From assembly GCA_035495795.1 (NCBI GenBank), contig DATJFF010000009.1, positions 9,394 to 73,393 on the forward strand: 64,000 nt of DNA, in the 5' to 3' direction. Source of the stretch: Vicinamibacterales bacterium. Its GTDB lineage: Bacteria > Acidobacteriota > Vicinamibacteria > Vicinamibacterales > UBA2999. Of the stretch, positions 40,346 through 48,718 are shown piece by piece (position 1 is the stretch's first letter; every line of letters starts with the position of its first letter). The position numbers and the translations under genes were made by a program. Under the pieces are notes generated by a model. The model did not search any database. It saw only the letters and a program-made list of their open reading frames with translations, and was not told the DNA's origin.

Positions 40346-41407
40346 TCACCGGTTCCGGTGGCGGCTGGCAAACACAGCCAGGCTCGTCGCCACCGCGCGC
40401 CCGCCGGGCGTGTTATCGGACGTCGTGTTCACGAGTTCGGCATCTCCGGTTGCGGGATTCTGCCAGGCCATGGTGGTCGAGCCGCCGCCGTCCAGGTTGA
40501 GCGCATCCCAGACGCCGTACTCACGCACCAGCAACGCCGCGATCTCACCGAGCGTCATCCCCTGGCTGCCGCCGCGCACGTCCACGGTGAAGAAGGTCAC
40601 GATGCGCCGGTCCTTCGAGAGCCCGATCGCCGTCCGAGCCGTCGCGACGTCGTTCCACGACTTGTCGTTCGAGTAGTTCGACGGTCCCCCGGCGGTCAGC
40701 GTGCCGCGTGGGTGCTCCGCGTCGCGGTAGGCAGGCATCGTCACCGCACCGCTGGTCGCGATCTGCGACGATCCTGCGACGGTGTTCCAGAGCCGCACGC
40801 GCTCGCGAACGTGAATCGCATCGGGTTTCAACGGGTCGCGGTGCACGAGCCTGGCCCGCTGACTGCGATCGAAGTTGATCGCCGGCGCGTCGGCCACCAG
40901 CGCGAAGCTCTGCTCGGGTGACTCGAAGGCCGAGAAGACGCGCCCCTCCGATGCGCCGAGGCCGATGATCCACGCTTCGCTGTCGGGCGACGGAAACGGC
41001 AGGAAGAAGTGCGCGTTGATCGCGAGCTGCGCACCGACTGCACGCAGAAACTCCAGCGTCTGCTGCCGCGGCACCTCGCGGCTGCCGCCCGGCGCCGAGA
41101 CCATGAAGCGGATTCCCGGTGCCTTGGTATCGATCTGCGCGATGTGCATGCGAACCGGGCGAGGTCTCTGCTCCGATCGATCGACGAGCGTGATCCCGAC
41201 ATAGGGCGAAGGAGCGCTGGACTGGGCTCGCGACGGAATCTGTCCCGCGAGCAGCAGGGCGAGCACCGCCGCAATCGAGAGGACTCGGCAACGTCGAGAA
41301 CCGGCAATCACGCGCCGCAGAATACGCCACCGCGCGTTCGTGCTCCTGCCGGGGCTCGGCGCCACGGATACCATCGCCACACCCATTCGGCGGCGATTTG
41401 CGCTCAC
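40346..41407 (-). CDS. Phosphodiester glycosidase-family (DUF2233/NAGPA-like) exported protein
   Basis: 353 aa. Signal region ...IAAVLALLLAGQIPSRAQS. C-terminal hallmark ALNLDGGGSTTMAW. Confidence 0.75.
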   Translation of the reverse strand: MSANRRRMGVAMVSVAPSPGRSTNARWRILRRVIAGSRRCRVLSIAAVLALLLAGQIPSRAQSSAPSPYVGITLVDRSEQRPRPVRMHIAQIDTKAPGIRFMVSAPGGSREVPRQQTLEFLRAVGAQLAINAHFFLPFPSPDSEAWIIGLGASEGRVFSAFESPEQSFALVADAPAINFDRSQRARLVHRDPLKPDAIHVRERVRLWNTVAGSSQIATSGAVTMPAYRDAEHPRGTLTAGGPSNYSNDKSWNDVATARTAIGLSKDRRIVTFFTVDVRGGSQGMTLGEIAALLVREYGVWDALNLDGGGSTTMAWQNPATGDAELVNTTSDNTPGGRAVATSLAVFASRHRNR

Positions 41408-41432
41408 GCCCGGCGAGCGGTTCGCTTAGCCG

Positions 41433-42389
41433 TCACCCCCGTGACTCCAGCGGGAACAGTTTCTCGAAGTTGCCGCTGAAGATCTGCGTCTGCTGCGCGT
41501 CGGACACGCCCAGATCGACCAGCGCGGCGCGCTGCACGTTGTAGATGGCGCGGTGCCAGCCGCGCGGGAAGAACGAGGAGTCGCTGCCGAAGAGCAGCCG
41601 ATCGACGCCGGCGACGGCCAGCGCGGTCTCGAAGACCTGTTCGAGCGTCAACCCCGGCTGGTATTTCATCCACGCATTCGAGCTCGAGGTGTCGAAGCAG
41701 ACGTTCGGGCACTGGTCGGCCAGGATCAGCGCCTCTCGGAACAAACCGGCACCGAAGTGCGGAACCACGATCGGCATCCGCGCATGGCGCATCGCGATCG
41801 TCCCGACGTCGAGCGGGTTGCCGAAGCGGATGTCGAACGGACTTGGCAGCCCGAGCTTCTGCCGCGCGCCGACCGACAAGACGCCGCAATGCACGAAGAG
41901 GACGGCGCGGTGGTGAGCGGCGACGATCTCGGCGAGGTGCAACACGCGCGGGTCGTGCAGCGAATAGCCCTGCATCGCCGGGAACAGGCAGACGCCGCGG
42001 AGCCCGCGTTCGAGTGCCGACCGGACCCGGTTCTCGGCATCTTCGTTCGTCGGATCGACCATGAAATAGCCGATGAAGCGCGATGGATGCCGCTCCCGAG
42101 CCGTCGCCACCGAGGCTTCGTCGCCGGGCACGCTGGCGATGAGGGCGACGCGCGACACGCCCTGGGCGTCGAGCTCGGCGATCCACCGATCGGCGAGCGC
42201 CTCGGCGGACAAGGGGTCGTCCCACCCCAGGTGCCGGATCGCATCAGCCGTCGCCACGTGGCGCTGCCCCGCCAGGGTGGCGAAGAAGGCCGGCGAGAAG
42301 AAGTGGACGTGGGCGTCGCAGATCACCGCGCCATTGTAGGCGCTCGCTGCGTCCGCGTCGCGCCAGGCCGGGAGGGCGGCTCCCTGCAT
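41433..42389 (-). CDS. Amidohydrolase-2 family metal-dependent hydrolase
   Basis: 318 aa from ATG 42389 (GAGG 6 nt upstream). An alternative GTG at 42326 would give MICDAHVHFF..., with the HxH motif at the extreme N-terminus, as is usual for this family. Later motifs ...VLFVHCG... and ...FGSDSSFFP. Confidence 0.82.
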   Translation of the reverse strand: MQGAALPAWRDADAASAYNGAVICDAHVHFFSPAFFATLAGQRHVATADAIRHLGWDDPLSAEALADRWIAELDAQGVSRVALIASVPGDEASVATARERHPSRFIGYFMVDPTNEDAENRVRSALERGLRGVCLFPAMQGYSLHDPRVLHLAEIVAAHHRAVLFVHCGVLSVGARQKLGLPSPFDIRFGNPLDVGTIAMRHARMPIVVPHFGAGLFREALILADQCPNVCFDTSSSNAWMKYQPGLTLEQVFETALAVAGVDRLLFGSDSSFFPRGWHRAIYNVQRAALVDLGVSDAQQTQIFSGNFEKLFPLESRG

Positions 42390-42394
42390 TCTTG

Positions 42395-42598
42395 CCTCGC
42401 CTATCTCGGGAAGAGGCTGGCGCCCGATCGGGAGGGTCTTACGGCTTTCGGGAGCGTCCCGCCCTCAACCGTTCCGATCCATCACTCTTAGATCATCAGA
42501 TCCCTGCGCGGCTGCCTGTCCGCCGTAGCCTTTGGCGAAGGCGGAAAGCCGCGCCTGACGCGCGTAGCGCGGCCTGCGGTCGCGAAGCGACCGCCTAC
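42395..42598 (-). repeat. Composite element, copy 2 (inverted): CGGGAG boxes, weak GATTGG-like part, hairpin module
   Basis: Plus-strand CGGGAA/CGGGAG at 42407, 42429 and 42449. Segment 42502-42600 is the reverse complement of 44191-44289 with about 92% identity by hand alignment. Confidence 0.85.
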
Positions 42599-42741
42599 CG
42601 AGCGCGAAGCGCGACGCCCGCGAAGCGAGGCCTATCGAGCGCGCAGCGTGAGGCCCGCGAAGCGAGGCCTATCGAGCGCGTAGCGCGACGCCCGCGAAGC
42701 GAGGCCTATCGGGCGCGCAGCGCCCGCCCGGCAAAGCGGCC
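42599..42741 (-). repeat. 37-bp tandem repeat, 3 full copies plus a fourth diverged copy inside the MATE gene 3' end
   Basis: Units CGAGCGCG(A/C/T)AGCG(C/T)GA(C/G)GCCCGCGAAGCGAGGCCTAT at 42599, 42636 and 42673. The next unit, CGGGCGCGCAGCGCCCGCCCGGCAAAGCGGCC, encodes the last 11 codons (GRFAGRALRAR) of the MATE gene. Confidence 0.9.
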
Positions 42742-44100
42742 CCACACCGTCGTGAGCACGACGCCGGCGACGATGAGCCCGAGCGACAGTCCCCACCACA
42801 GTCCGCGCGCGCCCCAGCCGGCCGAAAAACACAGCCAGTAGCCCACCGGGAGTCCGACCAGCCAATGCGCGGCGAGATTCGTGACCATCGGGGTACGCGT
42901 GTCCCCGAGGCCGCGGAGGGTTCCCGTGACCACGCCTTGCAGCCCGTCGAAGAGCTGGAACACCGCCGCGATGAAGAGCAGCGACGCGCCGAGCTCGAGC
43001 ACCGCGGCGTCCCTGGTGAAGAGCCCGATCAGCGTCCGCGGGATCGCGATGAACGCCGCGCCAGAACAGAGCATGAACACGACGCCCATGGCGATGACCG
43101 TCCATCCCGCGGCCGCGGCGCCGCGCGGGTTCCTGGCACCGATCGCATTGCCGACCCGAACCGCCCCCGCGGAGGCAAGCCCCAGCGGGATCATGAACGC
43201 GACCGCCGCGATGTTGAGCGCGATCTGGTGCGAAGCGGTGGCCACCGGCTCGAGCTTTCCCGCCAGTGCTGTTGCGACCGCGAACACGCCGACTTCCGCA
43301 GTGACGGTGGCCGCTGCCGGCAGACCCAGCTCGACGAGTCGCCGTATCGACGGATCCGATCGATCGGCGGAGCTGAGGGCCATGACACTCCCGTGTCCCT
43401 CCCGTAATTCCCTCCCGACGTCCTGCGCCAAAGGCGCAGAAGCTCCCGACCCCGCGTCGTCCGACGTCCACCACACTGCGATGCCGAGAATCGCGCTCAT
43501 GTAGATCCGGGCCGCGAGCGTCGCCAGCGCCGACCCCGGGACACCCAGCGCCGGAATGCCAAGCCGGCCGTAGATGAACACCCAGTTGAAGAACGCGTTG
43601 ATCGCGTTGGCGCTCACCAGGGCGAACATCACCGGCGCCACGTGGTGCGTGCTCTGGAGGTAGCGTCGAAGCGCCGCGTAGAGCAGCAGGAAGGGAGTAC
43701 TCAGGACCAGGATGGCGAAGTAGCCGCGGAGCAGGACCAGCGTGTCGTGGTGGAAGCCGAGCGCCGGCACGGCCGCCCAGACCGCAGCCAGGACCAGCAG
43801 GAGAGGGATGGCGCTGATCAGGGCGAGCTGGATGCCGCGCCGGAGCCATGACCGGCAGAGCCGCAGGTCGCCGGCGCCATACGCTTGCGACACGAGCGTG
43901 TCGAGGCCGAGCAGCAGGCCCATGCCGAAGATGACGAAGCCGAGGTGCAGCGAATTGGCGACGCCGGACGCGGCAATGGCCGCCGGGCCGAGCGGGCCCA
44001 CCATGATGGTGTCCACGATGCCCATGCCCATCCAGCCGAGCTCCGCCAGTATCACGGGGCCCGCCAGCCGCAGCGTTGGTTTGAGCTCTCGGCGCAGCAC
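42706..44100 (-). CDS. MATE-family efflux transporter
   Basis: 464 aa with 12 predicted TM helices. Family-typical N-terminus ...RLAGPVILAELGWMGMGIVDTIMVGPLG. Confidence 0.9.
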   Translation of the reverse strand: MLRRELKPTLRLAGPVILAELGWMGMGIVDTIMVGPLGPAAIAASGVANSLHLGFVIFGMGLLLGLDTLVSQAYGAGDLRLCRSWLRRGIQLALISAIPLLLVLAAVWAAVPALGFHHDTLVLLRGYFAILVLSTPFLLLYAALRRYLQSTHHVAPVMFALVSANAINAFFNWVFIYGRLGIPALGVPGSALATLAARIYMSAILGIAVWWTSDDAGSGASAPLAQDVGRELREGHGSVMALSSADRSDPSIRRLVELGLPAAATVTAEVGVFAVATALAGKLEPVATASHQIALNIAAVAFMIPLGLASAGAVRVGNAIGARNPRGAAAAGWTVIAMGVVFMLCSGAAFIAIPRTLIGLFTRDAAVLELGASLLFIAAVFQLFDGLQGVVTGTLRGLGDTRTPMVTNLAAHWLVGLPVGYWLCFSAGWGARGLWWGLSLGLIVAGVVLTTVWGRFAGRALRAR

Positions 44101-44111
44101 TGAACTGTCAA

Positions 44112-44446
44112 TGGTACTCGCGCTTCGCGGGCCTCGCCGCTACGCCGCTCGGGAGGCGCCCGCTTTCGCGGGCCTCGCGGCTACGCGGCTCGGGAGGCGC
44201 CCGCTTCGCGGGCGTAGGCCGCGCTCCGCGCGTCAGGCGCGGCTTTCCGCCTTCGCCAAAGGCTACGGCGGACAGGCAGCCGCGTAGGGGCGGACGATTG
44301 CGGATTCGCGATTGGGATTTGGCGATTGGGATCGGGCGAGTGAGGGACTGAGGGACGGACACTCCCGCTCGGCGAAGCCGCTCCCGATCAGGCGCCAGCC
44401 GCCTCCCGAGAGACGCGAGACAAGAATGTAGCGAGCGCCGCTCCCG
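44112..44446 (+). repeat. Composite element, copy 3: hairpin module, GATTGG module, phased CTCCCG boxes
   Basis: Two ~42-bp units (CGCTTCGCGGGCCTCGC(C/G)GCTACGC(C/G)GCTCGGGAGGCGCC), then the 88-bp-type unit. GATTGCGGATTCGCGATTGGGATTTGGCGATTGGGATCGGG follows. CTCCCG boxes at 44362, 44381, 44403 and 44441. Confidence 0.85.
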
Positions 44447-44490
44447 GACAAGGTGTTGGGGGAATACCGGATTGGTGATTCACTATCCCT

Positions 44491-45039
44491 ATGTGCGGTG
44501 ATGTCGCGGCGGGAGGCAAGGCGCGGCTGACGTGTACCGTCAACGGGGAGCCGGTCGAGGTCCTCGTCGACGGCTACAAGACCTTGCTCGAGATGCTGCG
44601 CGAGGACCTGCAGCTCACCGGCACCAAGCACGGGTGTGAGCTGGGCGAGTGCGGTGCCTGTGCGGTGCTCGTCGACGGCGAGCCGGTGCTGTCGTGCCTG
44701 ACGCTGGCCGTGGAGTGCGATACGCGCCAGGTCACCACCGTCGAGGGGCTTGCCAGCGGCGGCGCACTGCATCCGCTGCAGGAGACGTTTGCCGATCTCG
44801 GGGCCGCGCAGTGCGGCTATTGCACGCCAGGGATCCTGGTCACGGCCAAGGCGCTCCTCGATCGCAATTCGAACCCGACCCGCGCGGAGATCAAGGAGGC
44901 GCTTGCCGGCAACCTGTGCCGATGCACGGGATACCTGCAGATTGTTGAAGCGGTGGAAAAGGCGAGTGCGATGAGGGGCGCTACGACTACGGGTGCGACA
45001 GGTGTGTCGGGTGCGACGGGTGCGGAGGAACTGGCGTGA
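44491..45039 (+). CDS. (2Fe-2S)-binding small subunit, CoxS/HcrC-like
   Basis: 182 aa. Motifs CELGECGACAV and CGYCTPG...CRCTGY. The C-terminal tail GATTTGATGVSGATGAEE is encoded by a 9-bp repeat (44989-45024). Confidence 0.9.
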   Translation: MCGDVAAGGKARLTCTVNGEPVEVLVDGYKTLLEMLREDLQLTGTKHGCELGECGACAVLVDGEPVLSCLTLAVECDTRQVTTVEGLASGGALHPLQETFADLGAAQCGYCTPGILVTAKALLDRNSNPTRAEIKEALAGNLCRCTGYLQIVEAVEKASAMRGATTTGATGVSGATGAEELA

Positions 45040-47504
45040 GCGTGATTGGCAAGGCGCGGCGCCGCGTGGACGGGCGTGCGAAGGTCACGGGGCAGACGCG
45101 GTTTGCCGATGATGTGGCGCTTCCGCGGATGGCGCACTGCAAGCTGCTGCGCGCCAGCGTGCCGCACGCGCGAATCGTTCGCGTCGATACCTCGCGCGCG
45201 GCCTCGCAGCCCGGCGTGTACCTCGTACTCACCGGCGACAGCTTTCCGGTGCCCTACGGCGTGCTGCCGGTGAGCCACGACGAGCACGCGCTCTGCCGCG
45301 ACAAGGTGCGCTTCGTCGGCGACCCGGTGGCCGCCGTGATCGCGCGCGACGAGGCCACAGCCGCCGAAGCCGTGCACCTGATCGACGTCGAATACGAGCC
45401 GCTCCGGACCTTCGCCGGTCCGGCGGACAGCCTCGCCCACTCCGAGCCGCGGATTCACGATTACGGCGACGGCGGCAACGTCCACAAGGCGGTGTCACTC
45501 CAGTTCGGCGACGTGGACGCGGCAATCGCCGGCGCCGACCATGTGTTCGACGACGTGTTCTTCTTCGAGGGGAGCACGCACCTGCCGATCGAGCAGCACG
45601 CCGCGGTCGCCGTGAAAGATCCCGACGGCAAGCTCGTCGTCTGGTCCAGCACCCAGACTCCGCATTACCTGCACCGCGCGCTCGCCAAGGCGCTGCAGAT
45701 GCCGGCGGCGCACATCCGCGTCATCGCCACGCCAAACGGGGGCGGCTTCGGCGGCAAGAGCGATCCGTTCAATCACGAGATCGTCGTGGCGAGCGCGGCG
45801 CTGACACTGGATCGTCCGGTGAAGATCTGCCTGACCCGCGAGGAGGTCTTCTACTGCCACCGCGGCCGGCATCCGGTGCTGATGCGTTTCCGCACCGGCG
45901 TGAACAGGGATGGCCGCATCACTGGCGTCGATCTGCAGACGCTGCTGGATGGGGGCGCGTACGGCTCCTACGGAGTGGCGAGCACCTTCTACACCGGCGC
46001 CTTGCAGACGGTAACCTACGAGATTCCCTCTTACCGGTTCCGCGGCGCGCGGGTGTTCACGAACAAGCCGCCATGCGGGCCGAAGCGCGGGCATGGTACG
46101 CCGCAGGGACGATTCGGACAGGAAGTACAGCTGGACAAGATCGCCGAACGGCTCCACCTCGATCCGGCCGACCTTCGGCTGAAGATCCTCGCCCGGCCCG
46201 ACTCGCTCACCGCGAACTACCTCCGCATCAGAACCATCGGCCTCGGCGAATGCCTCCGGCGCGTCGTCGCCAGCTCCGGTTGGTCAGGGAAGTTTCGCAA
46301 GCTCCCGCACGGCCGAGGCGTCGGGCTCGCCTGCTCGTCCTACCTGTCGGGCGCGGGACTGCCGATCAACTGGAACGACCTGCCGCACTCCGGCGTGCAA
46401 CTGAAGCTGGATCGCAGCGGCGGCGTCACGGCGTTCTGCGGCGCTACGGAAATAGGCCAGGGATCGGACGACGTGCTGGTGGCGTCGATCGCCGAGGTGC
46501 TCGGCGTCGATCCGTTCGACATCCGGGCGGTCACCGGAGACACCGACCTGACGCCCGTGGACCTCGGGTCGTATTCGAGCCGCGTGACGTTGATGATGGG
46601 GAACGCGGCGATCGAGGCGGCGACCCGGGCCCGCGACCTGCTCGCCAAGGCGGTCGCGCGGACGCTGGAGGTTCCCGTTGAGCGCGTGTCGTTCGGCGAA
46701 CGGCGGGTGTTCGATGCCGAAGCGCCCGAGCGCGGTGTCACGTTCCAGGAGGCGGTCTGCATCGCGGAGGCGCAGTTCGGGACGATCGGTACCACCGGTT
46801 CGTACACGCCGCCGAAATCCGCGGCGAAGTTCAAGGGCGGCGGCGTCGGGCCGTCGCCGACCTACTCGTACACCGCCGCCGTCGTCGAGGTGGAGGTGGA
46901 CCCGGAGACCGGCTGGATTGCGGTGCCGAGCGTGTGGATTGCCCACGACATCGGGCGATCGCTGAATCCGACGCTGGTGCGCGGGCAGGTCGAAGGCAGC
47001 GTCTACATGGGGCTGGGCGAGGCGCTGATGGAGGAGCAGGCATTCCGGCGGCTGCCGCCGCGTTTGTCGCAGGCGCTGGTCCACAAGTTTCCGTCGATGC
47101 TCGAGTACAAGAGCCCGACCTTCCTCGAGATGCCTGACGTCCATACCGATCTGGTCGAGTCGATGGATCCGGCCGGACCGTTTGGCGCGAAGGAAGTGGG
47201 GCAAGGACCGCTCCTGCCGATCATGCCGGCTGTCGCCAACGCGGTGTACGACGCCGTGGGTGTACGGATCGACGAAGTGCCGATAACGCCGGAGAAAATC
47301 GTCAAGGCGTTGCAGGCAAAGGCGGCCGGCAAGCCGCCGCGGGTCGGACCGCCGGCGTTTCCAGACGACGTGCCGTGGCCCGAGACGCTTCTGGTGGCGC
47401 CGCCGTGGGAAGGCGGCGATGGGAGGGCTTCGAACGAGCCGGCGAAGAAGTCGGCACGCAAGGCGGACGCCGGCGTCGAGGCGACTGCGGGTCTGCGCCG
47501 ATGA
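45036..47504 (+). CDS. Xanthine dehydrogenase-family molybdopterin-binding large subunit, CoxL/HcrA-like
   Basis: 822 aa. GTG start overlaps the upstream stop. N-terminal ...RVDGRAKVTGQTRFADD... and typical Moco-subunit blocks (GGGFGGK, ...EVGQGS...). Confidence 0.9.
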   Translation: MSVIGKARRRVDGRAKVTGQTRFADDVALPRMAHCKLLRASVPHARIVRVDTSRAASQPGVYLVLTGDSFPVPYGVLPVSHDEHALCRDKVRFVGDPVAAVIARDEATAAEAVHLIDVEYEPLRTFAGPADSLAHSEPRIHDYGDGGNVHKAVSLQFGDVDAAIAGADHVFDDVFFFEGSTHLPIEQHAAVAVKDPDGKLVVWSSTQTPHYLHRALAKALQMPAAHIRVIATPNGGGFGGKSDPFNHEIVVASAALTLDRPVKICLTREEVFYCHRGRHPVLMRFRTGVNRDGRITGVDLQTLLDGGAYGSYGVASTFYTGALQTVTYEIPSYRFRGARVFTNKPPCGPKRGHGTPQGRFGQEVQLDKIAERLHLDPADLRLKILARPDSLTANYLRIRTIGLGECLRRVVASSGWSGKFRKLPHGRGVGLACSSYLSGAGLPINWNDLPHSGVQLKLDRSGGVTAFCGATEIGQGSDDVLVASIAEVLGVDPFDIRAVTGDTDLTPVDLGSYSSRVTLMMGNAAIEAATRARDLLAKAVARTLEVPVERVSFGERRVFDAEAPERGVTFQEAVCIAEAQFGTIGTTGSYTPPKSAAKFKGGGVGPSPTYSYTAAVVEVEVDPETGWIAVPSVWIAHDIGRSLNPTLVRGQVEGSVYMGLGEALMEEQAFRRLPPRLSQALVHKFPSMLEYKSPTFLEMPDVHTDLVESMDPAGPFGAKEVGQGPLLPIMPAVANAVYDAVGVRIDEVPITPEKIVKALQAKAAGKPPRVGPPAFPDDVPWPETLLVAPPWEGGDGRASNEPAKKSARKADAGVEATAGLRR

Positions 47505-48571
47505 TGCGACTGCCGACGTTCCGGTATCGCGCGCCGCGCACCCTGGCGGAAGCGTCGGCGTGGCTGGCCGAATCTCCCGACGACACGATGCTCGTCGCGG
47601 GCGGGACCGACGTGCTGCCGAACATGAAGCGCCGGCAGCAAGTGCCGGGAACGCTGATCGCGCTTCGCTCGCTGGGCGAGCTCAGCGCGATCGCAACGGG
47701 TGAGGCTGGCGCCAGTTCGGGACGACACGCCTCGCTTCGCTCGGCGGCAGGGGGGACAGTCATTGGCGCAGGCGTGACTCTTGCCACCCTGGTGCGTGAC
47801 GAACACATTCGAACGACGATCCCCGGGCTGTGTCAGGCGGCCATCCAGGTGGCGACGCCGCACTTGCGCAACATGGGGACGCTTGGCGGCAATCTCTGCC
47901 TCGACACGCGCTGCACGTATTACGACCAGACTTACGAGTGGCGGAAAGCAATCGACTTCTGCCTCAAGAAGGACGGGACAATCTGCTGGGTGGCGACGTC
48001 GAGCCCGCGATGCCTGGCGGTGTCGTCCACCGATACCGCGCCGATGCTGCAGGCGCTCGGCGCACGTGTGCGGCTCGTCTCGGCGCAGGGCGCGCGCGAA
48101 TTGTCAGTGGCGGATCTCTACCAGAACGATGGCATGCACTACCTCGCTCGCCGTCGCGACGAGATCCTGGCCGACGTGACCGTGCCGGATCAGACCGGGT
48201 GGCGCAGCACCTACTGGAAGTTGCGCCGGCGCGGCTCGTTCGACTTCCCGGTTGCCGCCGTGGCCGCGGCGGCGCGCCTGGACGCGGGCGGACTGGTCGA
48301 AGAGGTTCGCCTCGTCGCGGGCGCCGTGGCTTCGCGCCCGCTCGGCGCGCCGAAGGCCGAGGCGCTCCTGCTCGGCCAGTCCCTGACCGACGAGCGCATT
48401 GCCGCTGCCGCGCACGCGGTGTACGACATCGCCAAGCCGATGGACAACACCGACTTCGAGCTCGTCTGGCGCAAGCGGATGATCACCACCCTCGCCACCT
48501 GCGCGTTGCGGGAGATCCGCGGTGACGACATGCGTGCGGCGAGACAACGTCTCGCGCGCCAGCTTGTCTAA
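47501..48571 (+). CDS. FAD-binding medium subunit, CoxM/HcrB-like, with a Cys-rich insertion
   Basis: The ORF track starts at 47375. ATG 47501 overlaps the large-subunit TGA (ATGA). 356 aa. FAD motif LVAGGTDVLPNMK and GTLGGNL. About 40 aa are inserted, with Cys codons at 47897, 47912, 47960, 47984 and 48011. Confidence 0.88.
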   Translation: MMRLPTFRYRAPRTLAEASAWLAESPDDTMLVAGGTDVLPNMKRRQQVPGTLIALRSLGELSAIATGEAGASSGRHASLRSAAGGTVIGAGVTLATLVRDEHIRTTIPGLCQAAIQVATPHLRNMGTLGGNLCLDTRCTYYDQTYEWRKAIDFCLKKDGTICWVATSSPRCLAVSSTDTAPMLQALGARVRLVSAQGARELSVADLYQNDGMHYLARRRDEILADVTVPDQTGWRSTYWKLRRRGSFDFPVAAVAAAARLDAGGLVEEVRLVAGAVASRPLGAPKAEALLLGQSLTDERIAAAAHAVYDIAKPMDNTDFELVWRKRMITTLATCALREIRGDDMRAARQRLARQLV

Positions 48572-48718
48572 AGGAAACCACGAAGGCACGAAGGACACGA
48601 AGGAAACCACGAAGCTATTCTTGGGAAGCACGCGGGATCCAAGTCACGACACACGCGTGACACCCCCAAGAATCTTCGTGTCTTCCTTCGCGCTCTTCGT
48701 GCCTTCGTGGTTTCTTTT
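48570..48718. repeat. 149-bp composite palindrome whose arms are tandem CACGAAGG-type decamers (probable bidirectional terminator)
   Basis: The left arm 48570-48625 and the reverse complement of the right arm 48665-48718 align at about 85% identity. The 39-nt centre contains a sub-palindrome GTCACG...CGTGAC (48643-48661). The arms touch the stop codons of both convergent genes. Confidence 0.85.

Noticed and set aside
42395-44446. Composite-transposon or MITE call for the inverted elements flanking the MATE gene.
   Set aside because: No transposase or integrase is present, and I could not see target-site duplications. The element also occurs singly at 38396-38806. I report it as a repeat and a finding rather than as a mobile element.
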